From: the human T2T-CHM13v2.0 reference genome, Homo sapiens
DNA length: 64,000 nucleotides
Assembly (NCBI RefSeq): GCF_009914755.1
Contig: NC_060943.1
Strand: one strand, 5' to 3'
Shown here: piece after piece, positions 41,723 through 64,000 of the stretch
Layout of the letters: each line of letters starts with the position of its first letter
Position numbering within the stretch: position 1 is the first letter of the stretch
The notes under the pieces: generated by a model
Told to the model about the DNA's origin: nothing
Database searches by the model: none
The model's input: the letters and a program-made list of their open reading frames with translations, nothing else
Translations under genes and position numbers: made by a program

Positions 41723-43834
41723 TCAGGCAGCACCCGATGGGGCCTTCCCAGGGCCCCTGGCCTGGCCCGGCTCCAGCCACCAGCTTGTCCCTGCCTCCCA
41801 GGTGCTGGGGAATGAAAGGGAGGCGAGTGATTTCTCTGACTCCTTCAGGCCCAGGCCTCCGAATTCCTCCAACTCCCAGGTGAGGGGTTGTGCAAAGCTG
41901 CAGCAGGGTGGGACCGTCCCAGTGAGGGTGATTCTGGAGTCGGCCATGGTGGGCCTGCTCTGTGACCTGGGAGGGGGTGTGTGCCTGTCTGTGACTCAGT
42001 TTCCTCGTCCGTGTCATCAGCAACGGCCAAATGCCGTTCCCAGCACTGGATGGGGGTGGAGGGCCTGAGGGGTGTGGGTGGGGGGGAGCTCCAGGCGCCC
42101 CTGCCCCCCGCCCAGCCGTCAGTCAGGCTGGCCGGGCCCCCTTCAAGTCGTCACGGCCCAGCAGCGGCCACGGGAGGGATTATTCCGGCCTGTCCAGGGT
42201 GGACTGAAGTGGAACCAAGGCTGACGAGCGGAACGCGCCCCCATGGACCCAGCCCGCCCGCCTTTGTCCGCCGCCAGCCCCCCACCCGCCTGCCGTCACA
42301 GACCCCGCCTCCCGTGCCTGAGCCCCATTTCTCTGGGGGCCGGGCTGCCTCGCGTGGCCCCCGCCTGACTAAAGCCATGCAGCTTCTCGGCCGGCTCCAT
42401 CCGCTGGCTGCCTCAGTTTCCCCCTCTGCAGCATGGGCATACAGGGTTCCTCTCGTCGGCTCATTGGCTGCTGAATGGGGGCTGTGTGGGCAGAGGCTCT
42501 CCCGGGGCTTTCCCAGGGTGCTCGGGGGTCCCTCTGCCCGGTCCCTCCACTGTGCCTTTGTCCAGGAAATTCGAGGTGGCAGGGAGAACGGATCCGCTCT
42601 CGGCCTGAACGGAGCCGCGGCAAATGCTGTTGACCCCTGACCCCGGCCCCCTAATCCCGGGGTTGAGGCTCTCACCGGAGAGGGGCCCTGGGAGATGAGC
42701 TGGGGCACGACCCCCGCCCCGGGCACCGAGGGGGGCTTCCAGGTCAGGGTCGGAGAGGCTTCGGGAGGACGCGGCTGCCCCATTGGCCACGTGCCCGGTC
42801 ATCACCTCTCGGAGGCCAACACGGGAAACTGAGGCGTGGAGGAGCCCTCCTAAGCCCCACAGCTCTGGGATGGGAGCCAGGCCTAGCCACCTGCAGGGAG
42901 AGAGACACGGCCGGCAGCTGCCCCTCCCTGAGTCACCAAACAGGAATTCCGGGACGTCTGGCTGGCCCTGGAAGGCACGGCTAGCTTACAAACCCCCAGT
43001 CTTCAGGAACCTCTCTGGGTACCTGGCCCCTGTGTTCCCCGGGGAGGCCCCAGGATCCCCTTGTCTGGAACAGGGGGAGGGGCCTTTCTGGCCACCCTCT
43101 GCTGCTCTACATTTACCCAGTGTCTTCAGGAGGAAGAAATGAATGAATGAATGAAGTGGAAGGTGTCCTCATGCCTGCCAGCTGCTGCAGTCTAGCCCCC
43201 GTGCCTTGTGGCTACTTAGAGGCCTCAGCTAGCAGCATCCACCGCAGATTAAAAGATTCTCCGTCGGAGGCTGGGATGCGCTCACACGCTTGGGCGCCCC
43301 TGCGCTCCCCGGTGGCCGTGTGTCTGTTCCACCCTGCCGAGCTGTTCCCCACGATCAATTTCAATTTGGCCTGGTCTCTGCCTCTGCAGCACGACCCTCC
43401 TTGGGGGCCGACGGCGGGGAAGGAGTTGCTGGCTTCCGCAGCTCTCCCCCCAGGTCCCTGGGACCCTCGCCTGGTGAAGAGAGAGCTCTGCTGGGCCGCC
43501 TCTTTTTCCGGGCCTCAGTTTCTCTGGGTTTGGAATGAGGGCACAGGGCAGCGCAGTGTGGACCCAGCCTGGTTTTCATCCAACCTCATGAAGTCACTGA
43601 ATGCTCGCCGTGGGCCTGACCCTGGGCTGAACCCTGGGGCACCGTGGGGGCTACGGCAGGCAAACGAGTCGGAGGCAGAGGAAGGGCGTTCCTGCAGGGG
43701 GGAGGCTGTGTGCAGAGGGGTAGAGGGAGGGAGGCAGGAGGGAGCGTCCTGGAAGAAACAGTTAAGGTGGGGCCACAGAGGAGGGTGGACAAGCCTAGGC
43801 AACAATATTCCTCAACAGCCGAAGTTTGTGTATT

Positions 43835-44650
<816 letters not shown>

Positions 44651-45099
44651 TAGCCAACATTTATTGAGTGCTTACTGTGTACCAAACGTCAGCCGACAGG
44701 CTTTCCCTGCCTCATCTCCCTGCAACCTCCCAAGGATCCTCTAATACCCATTTTACAAATGAGGAGACAGGCCACAGACAGAGGCCGCTGTGAGGTGAGG
44801 GAAGGAGGCCACGGCCATGCTGGCATTGGCAGCACTGGTCCAGCTCAGACCTGTCCAGGTCCCCAGCAGGACTGCGGTGCGCCTGGCTCCTTCCTCTGCG
44901 CGCTCCATTCCCTTGCTGCTTCCTTCCGGGCCTCCAGGCTTCCCTCCTTTTCTAGGGTGGCGGTGGAGGAACCTATATGGGCTCCTGGGTGCTGGAGTTC
45001 GATCTGAACCTTCCCGCTCATTCTGCGTGACCTTGGGGGCGTGCCTGGCCCTCCCGTGCCTCAGTTTCCCCAGCCGCACCTGCCGGACTGTGAGGCCCC

Positions 45100-45420
45100 G
45101 ACCCCCCGCCCTCTCTGGCCCCCCCGCGGCTCCGGGCTCAGGCCGCCGCTAGGTGGAGCGAGGAGGCCGGTGGAGACGCGGTGCGGGGAGACGCGCGCTC
45201 GGGAGCTGCAGAGGCCGGGGAGCGGGCCTGGCGCGCGGGTAGAGCTGCGTGGACGCCCGCGGCCCTTGGCGCTCAGAGCTCCCGCCCCGCAGCCAGCGCC
45301 TCTAGGAGGCCCAGCCGGACAGTCTGCGAGGGGCGCGCTCCGGGCGCAGGAGGGGCGGTGTCCGGGGCGCGTGGTTTGGGTCGTCGGGACCTGGATCCCG
45401 GAGCAGGCAGGCTGAGGTCT
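45100..45420. promoter_or_regulatory. Small orphan CpG-rich patch with CTCF-like motif
   Basis: Local CpG density; CCGCTAGGTGGAGC at 45146-45159. Confidence 0.5.
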
Positions 45421-46363
45421 GCATGGTCAGGGCGGCCTCAGGTGCTGGGGAGCCACCCTGGCTGGACCTAGGGTCCCAGCTTCACGTTCACCTCCTGGAG
45501 CCTCAGGTCTGGGTCTGATGCCCCAACGGGAACCCCAAGCCCTGCCCACCGCCCGTCCTCACCTCTGCTGCCCCTTCACTGCCCCGACCAGTGGCTTCCG
45601 CCATAACCCTCTTGGGAGACCCATTTTTCATAGGAGGAAACTGAGGCACAGAGCGTTTTCTCGGTCACAGAACAGCTGGATCCCTCCTGTGTGATGAGCA
45701 CCTCTGGGTCCTCCTGTGTCGTGACCACACCTGTGTCCACTTTCTGGGTCCTGGGCTGCAGAATGTCACCGCCCCAAATACCCTCTCGTGGGTGCTGTGG
45801 TTGGTTTCCTTGGCCTTGGGAGGGTCCTTTCTACTCAGGTAGGGATACCGTCTGGGTTCCCCCCCTACTGCCCCTGCAAGGCAGGGCTGGTGATCCGTGT
45901 GCACCCTGGGGGCCGTCTCATGTGTGGCTGCACCTTCCCACACCACGGCTGAGGAGAGGATCCTACCCACAGGTGCCCCTGGTGGGTTCAGCCGGCCCCT
46001 GCCGCGGGATCCTGCTTGATTTCTGGTACTCCAGGCCTCGCCACTGTCATTCCCGCTGGGCATGATGCGCACCTGCTGTGCCATGCTCTTGGGCAGCTCT
46101 CTGGGGTCACGGAAACTTCTGTGCCTCAGTTGCCTCCTCTGGAATGTGCAAATCCTTCGAGAAATAAGCTGGAAGACCTGGGAGCAAGCAGGCTTGGGTT
46201 TCCAGGTTTGGGGGGGGGGTGCCCAGATACAACCCCAAGGCTTTGGGAGGTGAGGGGACACCCTGCTGCTCCATCTGGACCCGCGCCCGTGAGCTCTGCT
46301 GCTCTGCGCCTGACCCACAGCTCTGTCCACTTGCCCCATATGGGTTCAAGGCACCAAGAATCA

Positions 46364-47805
<1,442 letters not shown>

Positions 47806-48521
47806 ACTGAAACTCAGACAGCGACCCTCCTCTGCCTCAGTCCTGCGGTGGCTCCATGTGCCCCAGGATTAACGCACACTCCCCGGCCTGGCGGCACACT
47901 TTGCTGGGCACGGGGCGAGACCAGAAGAACCCAAAGAGGCCAGAGGGTCCCAGCTCAGCGAGGAGTGGGAGGTGCTTCCTTCTACCCAGATAAGAGCCTG
48001 GGAGAGCTGGGAGAGTGGGAAGTGGGGTCGCCCCGATTTTCCAGGGCAGGAAACCAAGGCTGGGGCCTTGGGCTAACACCCACGTCAGGCCCCGGGTCTC
48101 GCTGCCCAGAGGCTCCGGTGAGTGAAGCTCCTGGCAGCGTGCACCTGCGCCCGCCGGACCCGCCTCCCACCTGCCATTCCTGCCGGGGAGGGAAGGGCCA
48201 CTGTGGGCGGCTCAGGGCCCCCACCGCTGTTTCCGGGCTCTTGGTGGGGTGGGGAGGGCCGCTGTCAGAGACCCCCTGAGACCCTCGGGAACACTGCCTG
48301 CCTAATGAGGATCCCTGGGGCCTCTGCCCAGTTCGGGCCGGGGAATAAAGGCCTCCTCTTCCATTCCGCTGTTTCTCCGCCCCCCGCCGTAATAGGATTG
48401 AGACTTTTGAAGTTAATAGGAAATGAGGCAGGCTCCCACGTACAGAATGCGGACGCGGAGGGCTTAGAGGGCCCTTTGTGAGCCCGGCCGGGCGGCTCCC
48501 CCCGCCGGCCGGCCGTGATGA

Positions 48522-50585
<2,064 letters not shown>

Positions 50586-50589
50586 CTTG

Positions 50590-50950
50590 ATTTCTTTTAT
50601 TGTCTTCATAAAGCTGTGTGTCCATCAACCCAATCAACTTTAGAACATTTCCATCATTCCAAAAGGAAACCCCGTTCCCTCCCCAGCCCTGGCACCCACA
50701 CTTCCCCTCCCTGTCTCTGTGGATCTGCCTGCCCTGGACATTTCATAGAAATGGGATTGCACACCTGTGGCCTTCTGTGTCTGGCGTCTCTCACTGAGTG
50801 TGGCGTCCTCAGGATGCATCTGCGCTGTGGCCTGGGTCAGAGCCTCGCTCCTTTTCACGGCTCAGTCGTGTTCCAGTGGGCAGAGGGCCATGCCGTGTTT
50901 GCCCATTCTTGTGTTGATGGACATTTGGGCTGTTTCAGACGTTTCTGAGT
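50590..50950 (-). mobile_element. Old L1 (L1M-type) 3'-end fragment, GC-shifted
   Basis: Same motifs as 32260-32700. Confidence 0.75.
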
Positions 50951-51959
50951 GTGTAGGGAATGCTGTTCTTGCCAACTCTTCCAGTGGCCCTGGATTTGGG
51001 CCTTTGACCCTCACAGAAGGCCAAGCAGAGGCTGGGCAGGTCCCACCAAGGCCAGAAGCAGAGGGCGTGTTCCCCAGCAGGGCCTGGTGTTTGGAGCATG
51101 ACACATGGAAACAGCTTCCAGGCATGACCCTGTGTCTCCCAGCTGGCCCTGCCACTTCTGGAGGTGACCCTGCCACCCTGTGACTCTGTTTCTCCGTCGG
51201 CAAAGGCGGCGGTGATGGGGACTCTGTGGTGGCAGCTATTGTCAGGCAGCATGGCAGCTGCACACGGGGGCTCGCCCATGTGAGGGAGGCTTTCCGCAGG
51301 TGGTCCCTGTCCCTGTCCCTGTTCGCATGGTCCTGCAGACGGCCGTCTCACCCCCATACCACTGGCGTTGGAGGGCAGATTGGGCGTGAGGAGAGGGTGA
51401 ATCTGTGTCCAGGGCTCCCCAGTTTTCCGTTCAGACCCGTGGGGAGGCGACTTTCCCGCTGTGGGCTCCAGCATCGGGAGGGGTGGTCTGTGTGGAGTGA
51501 CGTGTGGCCCTGTCCCCGCTACGAGAAATCCCGGGGAAAGGAGGGGTGAAGGGGGCGGGAGGGGGTTCCTGGAATCTGGCTGAGCTTGGGTGGCACCCAA
51601 GGATGCCTGCAGCCCGCCCAGTGGCACGGGAAGCCCCCTCACCCGCTGGCTGGAAGGGGTGGGAGGCAAGTGGCAGGAGGCAGGTGGATGGGTTGCCTGT
51701 TCTTCCCTGGGGGCGCCAGGGGAAGACCTGTCCCTGCCAGAGCACCGCGGCTGGCAGCCCCCAGCCCTTTGGTGGCAGCTATGCCCTGGGGTGGGCAGGG
51801 TGATGCGTAGGTCATCTGCCCCTGTGGTGGGCCCAGCGCCCTCCTGTCTTCTCAGACCCTCCAGAGGAGGCAAAGGAGGTCTCTCAGGCAGAGCGAGAAC
51901 ATGTCATTCCTTCAGGGACAGCAGAACCACCACAGGTACTGCCCACCTGGGTCAGACAT

Positions 51960-52382
51960 CAGAGGGACAGAGACAGAGAGACAGAGACAGTCAGAGACAG
52001 AGAGACAAAGGGAGACAGAGAGAGACAGACGCAGGCAGACAGAGTCAGAGATGGAGGGAGGAAGAGACGGAGAGACAGTGACAGAGACAGAAGGAGACAG
52101 AGACAGAGAGACAGAGACAGAGGGAGACAGAGAGACAGAGATGGGGGAGACAGACAAAAACAGAGAGACAAAGACAGAGACAGAGGGAAACAGAGAGAGG
52201 GAGAGACAGAAATAGAGATAAACAGAGACAGAGAGGGAAGGAGACAGAGAAAGAGACAGAGAGACAGAGGGAGACAGAGATAGATCGAGTCGGACAGAGA
52301 CAGAGAAAGAGACACAGAGAGACAGAGGGATACAGAGATACAGCAAGTCGGAGAGAGACAGAGAGACATGGGGAGACAGAGG
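51960..52382. repeat. (GAGACA)n degenerate simple repeat
   Basis: Direct inspection. Confidence 0.95.
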
Positions 52383-52964
52383 CAGCGCAGGGGCGGCTGT
52401 GCAGGGCGATGGGCCGAGGGCTCCATCCCGGCCTTCCTGGCCCCTGGGCCCCCCGCCTCCCAGCTGTGACTGGCCTGCTCTGGCCTTGGGCTCCGCCTGA
52501 CTTTTCTGGGTTTGGGGTTGAGGGTGCAGGAGGCCCTGGCAGGGCAGGACTCTGGGTCCCCAGGGGCCGCCTCACCATCCTGCCCCCGGGGTCACAGAAC
52601 TTGGGCATCTCCCCATCAGTGGGCGACACGGGCCCAGCAGGGACTCGGGAAGGGGCTGGGGCACCCTGGGCTCTGCTCAGCCCGTGTCCCAGGAGCTTGG
52701 CAAGGGGCGCACAGCCAGCCCACAGCTAACTGCTGAGGGGAACCCTCCTCTCCCAGGTGCCAGCCCAGGTGGGGGCAGGGAGCCTCAGGCCCTACCCTCG
52801 GGTGCTCACAGCGTCTCCTGGACTTAGCAGAGGTCGGTGAGGCCCGAGGAAGCTTCATGCTGGGGTCTCGGTGCAGGAGGTGGAGGGGGGATGGGAAAAG
52901 GCTTGAAGGGAGGGCCCGGATCCATCAATGGACACTGAGGCTGCTTGGTGTCTCCTGGAAGATC

Positions 52965-53448
<484 letters not shown>

Positions 53449-53689
53449 CTACCTCAGTCCCCACCTCAGGATGTCGCATAACCGGTGTTTATGGCACCAA
53501 AAACTTCATCTCTGTAAACCACTTGGAGGGGTGTCTGGCACCAAGTCCATGTCCATGAGTGTCTGAAAATAGCATAAAAATAAAATAGAAAAAAAGAAAG
53601 AGCTGGTGCCTACCCTCGGGGAGCCTACAGGACGTGAGCTTGAAAGAGCTGGTTATCTCCCCGTCTCTCTGTCTCTCTCTGTCTTGGAA

Positions 53690-53965
53690 ATGTCTAAGGG
53701 GGCAGGCAGGAGGGCTTCCTGGAGGAGGGGTCCTTTGAGCTGAGTTCAGAAGGGCGAGAAGGAGCCAGGTTTCTCATGGAGCAGCCAATGCAAAGGGCTG
53801 GGGGCCACCTGGAGCCTGGTGTGTCCTTCGGGCAGCTGGTGTGGCTGGAGCAGGGGATGCCAAGCCTGCTGAGGGCTTCATGGGCCGCAGGGAGGAGTTT
53901 GGTTTTTCTCCTGAGGGCACTGGGGAGCCACAGCAGAGTTTAGAGCAGAAGAAGGACACAATTTG
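53690..53965. mobile_element. L2-like fragment
   Basis: agggcttcctggaggagg...tttgagctgag...ggggagccacagcagagtttagagcag motifs. Similar fragments lie at ~13630-13900 and ~21660-22050. Confidence 0.6.
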
Positions 53966-54329
53966 TGCCCTGTGCCCGTGGTGAGCGGCGAGCAGGGAGG
54001 GCTGCCTGGAGGCGGGTAAGGACCTCAGAGCGGAATTCTGCCACAGTGAAGCTTTGGAGGAAATCTTTCTTCCTTTTCTCTTCTTTTCCCATCACGGGTT
54101 GAGAAATTGGAGGGAGGGGCATTGCTGGGGCTTCCTGTGCCCGCGTGTGCGGGGGGTTCTGGGGCCTGCTGCCTGCCTGAGCCAGCCCCTTTTCCCGCCA
54201 GAGGCCTCTCGTCAGTCCCCGGGGGGGCCCAGTGGTGACCTTGGGCCTCGGGGAACATCCAGACCTGGGTCAGTGGCCTCGGCAAGTGCCCGGGGGATCC
54301 GCCCTCCGGTCCCCGTGCCAGTTTCCACA

Positions 54330-54800
54330 GCGGGACAGGGGGGTCCCGGGGGCCGGGAGTCCGCAGCCCCGAAGACCTACGCTGCCGCCAGCCACACCCC
54401 TGGGGGTCCGACCCTCCTGGGTCCCACTTTACAGATGGAGGAACTGAGGCGGTGACTCTAATCTTCGCCCGGCCTGAGTCGCGGGGCTGGAACCCGCAGC
54501 GTTTGCCGATTCCCAGGGCCCGAGCGCTCCGGCGAGTGTGTGTGTAACGCCCTCTCCCTGGACGCCTCGAGTTTAGGAAACGGCGGAGCCGCCCGGATTG
54601 AAATTCTCGGCCCGTGCACGCCCGGCGGAGAAATCCATGACGCATTGTTTAGACAGACGCCTTTAAACCGCGCCGCGGCGGGGGGCGGCGGCCGGGGGCG
54701 CCTGCGCGGGGAAGGTCACCCTTTTTTTCTGCACAAAGGTCAGCCGTAGACCGTTGCCAAGACAACGGCCGGCGTAAAGATGGAGGCTTAAGGAGAACAG
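54330..54800. promoter_or_regulatory. Orphan CpG-rich element
   Basis: High CpG; TGACG half-CRE next to CATTGT (Sox-type) at ~54638-54650; AGGTCA half-sites. Confidence 0.55.
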
Positions 54801-55107
54801 ACAGTTCCCCTCCCGAAGATGCCCCGTGCAAAGGGCCCGGCCGTGGGCTTGGGAGGCTCAGGGGGTGTGAGGAGCTGAGCGCCGGAGCAGAGAGAGCGGA
54901 GAGTGGGGCGCTGGGATGGCTCTGGGAGGCCAGGAAGGAATGCGGGGGCCTGGGGGGCAGATCTTGGCTCAGGCCCTGCCAGGCTGTCTTCAAACCAATG
55001 AGCCTCAGGGTTCCTGGCTGTGAAATGGGAACAACGTCTGCCCTTCAGGGTAGGCATCTCCAGGCTGGTCTGGTGTGGGAACCGCTGTGTTAAACATGCA
55101 GACTCCA

Positions 55108-55545
55108 GCCAGGCGCCGTGGCTCACACCAACGGGGCACAGTGGCTCACACCAACAGGGCACAGTAGCTCACACCCGCCGGGCACGGTGGTTCACACCAG
55201 CCGGGCACGGTGGCTCACACCCGCCGGGCACAGTGGTTCACGCCAGCCAGGCACAGTGGCTCAAACCCGCTGGGCACAGTGGCTCACACCAACGGGGCAC
55301 AGTGGCTCACACCCGCCGGGCACGGTGGTTCACACCAGCCGGGCACGGTGGCTCACACCAGCCGGGCACAGTGGCTCACACCCGCCGGGCACAGTGGTTC
55401 ACACCAGCCGGGCACAGTGGCTCAAACCCGCTGGGCACAGTGGCTCACACCAACAGGGCACAGTGGCCCACGCCAGCCGGGCACGGTGGCTCACGCTAAC
55501 AGGGCAGAGTGGTTCACGCTAGCCGGGCATGGTGGCAGTATGCCA

Positions 55546-55568
<23 letters not shown>
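55108..55568 (+). repeat. 23-bp minisatellite (20 units) derived from an Alu 5' end
   Basis: Consensus gccgggcacagtggctcacacca. The last unit continues into the Alu body. Confidence 0.96.
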
Positions 55569-56601
<1,033 letters not shown>

Positions 56602-57095
56602 CTACCCCCTTCCCCGAGCTGGAGCCGGAAGCCCAGTGGCCCCTCTGGGCCGGAAGCAGACTGGAGGCTCAGATTTGCAAACCTGAGAACAGAGGTCCCG
56701 GGAGCAATGAGGTGGGCCTGAGACCCTCGCTCAGAGGTGGCTGCTTCTCGATCTGCAGGATCTGAGGGCCTTGGCGGCCAGCAGGGACGTGGCCAGGAGC
56801 TGGCCTCGGCTTTGGGGACTCAAGGTCTTTGCTGTCATAGCTTTTTGGTAGCTACATAAAAATGGTGCTGTTCACACAAACCAATCTCCCTGGAGGTGCT
56901 TTTAAGGACTGATGAGAGCCACACGCCCTGATTACCATTTCATTTACCGGCGAACCTGCCTTACCTTTGCGACAGAGAGGACATCAGGAAGGTGACTTTT
57001 ATTGAGGTGAAATTCACACGATGCAAAAGTAACCATTTTAAAGTAAACTTAATGACCTGCGTCAGCCTCACTCCCATTCCCTGCCCCAGCCCTGA

Positions 57096-60410
<3,315 letters not shown>

Positions 60411-60781
60411 CCCTGAGTTTTTAATCTTTGGCTTCTCGCAAGGTGCTGCTTCCTTTTACCTTCTAGAATGTTCTCCGCCACAAAAAAGATTAAAGTCTCC
60501 AACAACAAAACAAAACAAAAAACACTTCCAAACTGCAACTCATTGAGAGATGGCAGAGGCTTGTTTCAGATTCCAGTTGGGAAGGGGAGGTAGGGTGGGT
60601 GCTTCTCCGAGAAAGCCCCTGGTGTGGGGGAGGTGGGCTGAGGTTGGAGAGGGGGTACCCACAGCGGCCAGGTGGGAAGAAGCCTGCCTGGGAGCCGAGG
60701 TCTCCACGTGGCCGCCATGGACTGGGGGTCACTCTGCGCCTGAGATGTCTTCAGAGACTCCAGCTATAAAAAGCTGTGTGG

Positions 60782-61492
<711 letters not shown>

Positions 61493-62352
61493 AGCTGTGT
61501 GGATTCCTCCGGGGCACGCTGGGCCTCCGGAGTCTGGAGTGGGGGCTAGGGGCTGCCTGGGGAGGGGCTGGAAGGGAAGCAGCAGACAATGGGCTGGGCT
61601 GCACCCCTCCCCCGGTTCCAGTTCCCCCCAAATCAGACGGACACGGCTGCAGAAAGCTGCGGCCTCTCACGCGGCCAGGCGCGGGGCGCACAATGCTTGC
61701 TGTCGTCCCGTGTTTTCTGCTGTCCCCGCCTCCGTTGTCTGGGTCCCCTGGGGCAGCTGTGGAAATTGGGGGTTGAGAGCCCTTCCAGGCAGGCTATCTT
61801 TGTGGCTGTTTCAAGCATCCTTTGGGAGACAGTAGGGGACACCTTCCCTTCCGCCCTCTGGACGAGGCAGGGGTGACAGCGTCGGTGCGTGTACTGGGCT
61901 CTCGGGAAGGAGGAGGGGGCCCGGCTCCTGGTCCCTTGTCCCTTGTCCCTGCTCAGTCCTGGTTGCAGGCATTGTGGGCACCACCCGTGCTGCCCACAGG
62001 AAGATCATTGTCCGTAGCAGCATCCTGAGCTGTGACCTGCGTTTATTTCCCCATGGGGACGTGGGGTCTCCCTGATGTCAAGAGAGGCGGTGTCACACAG
62101 GCATTTAACATGCCACTGCCATGATTGGGACTGGGATTGGGACCAGCACAGCCCCTTGGGGGATGTGGCGGTGTGGTGGGAGAGGGGCTTGGGAACCCAC
62201 CAGCAGCCTAGCCCTGGAAGCTGCGTGTTGTAGATTATGGAAAATGCTGCAGCACTCAGAACGAGACATCTGAAAATGGTGTTGAAAGAAAACAAGGACC
62301 TGTCACTTCTGTGAATGTCCCCAGCAAGGACTCTCAGGCTATGATGAGTTGG

Positions 62353-63730
<1,378 letters not shown>

Positions 63731-64000
63731 GATCAGCAGCGCTTTGCACGTTGTGCCTGTTGGCCTCGGTTTCCCCGGTAAAACTTGTGATGGTTGCATG
63801 AAGCCCAGATCCATGAATAAAACACGAGGTCTGGAGTTAGTGCTTCCTCTCCTACAGCGAATGCATAATCAGCCCACAACTGCGGCGACGAGGCGTCCGA
63901 GGCGGCCGCACCCCAGCAGCGATCGGTGATTCATGGCTCGATCTGCTAATTGCCTCTCGGGCCGGCTTCGGGCTGATGCGTTTGACAAGGCGAGGAGGCT

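Noticed and set aside
51901-52629. Ser/Leu/Val/Cys-rich and Glu/Arg/Thr-rich ORFs
   Set aside because: Translations of the (GAGACA)n simple repeat.
56905-56935. C/D box snoRNA (TGATGA...CTGA)
   Set aside because: Boxes are too close together, with no terminal stem and no host intron.

Overview
This is human genomic DNA from a GC-rich, Alu-dense region. The gene order CIRBP - FAM174C (C19orf24) - EFNA2 is recognisable as 19p13.3. On the + strand the window holds: (1) the last coding exons and 3' ends of CIRBP, including an in-frame retainable intron and a downstream pair of exons predicted to trigger NMD; (2) the complete 3-exon FAM174C gene (132 aa), whose stop codon is split by an intron; (3) the complete 4-exon EFNA2 gene (ephrin-A2, 213 aa). 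After these come ~33 kb with no recognisable protein-coding gene. That stretch contains a 3'-truncated processed RPS15 pseudogene on the - strand, many Alu, MIR, L1, L2 and MLT fragments, orphan CpG-rich patches and several short AT-rich islands packed with homeodomain sites. Nearly all long ORFs in the supplied track are GC-rich, repeat or Alu artefacts. I found no new protein-coding system. The most interesting unexplained structures are non-coding: a CIRBP 3'-end switch abutting the FAM174C promoter; a branch-point array in a 225-nt AG-free zone before EFNA2 exon 2; a perfect 18-bp homeodomain palindrome in EFNA2 intron 1; a 20-copy minisatellite derived from an Alu head; a four-left-arm composite Alu inside one target-site duplication; a hairpin-bearing 42-bp VNTR in the EFNA2 3' UTR; a frame-preserving RPS15 retrocopy; and two old L1 fragments sharing 44 identical GC-shifted bases. 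Exon coordinates were read by hand from splice sites. Repeat boundaries are approximate.
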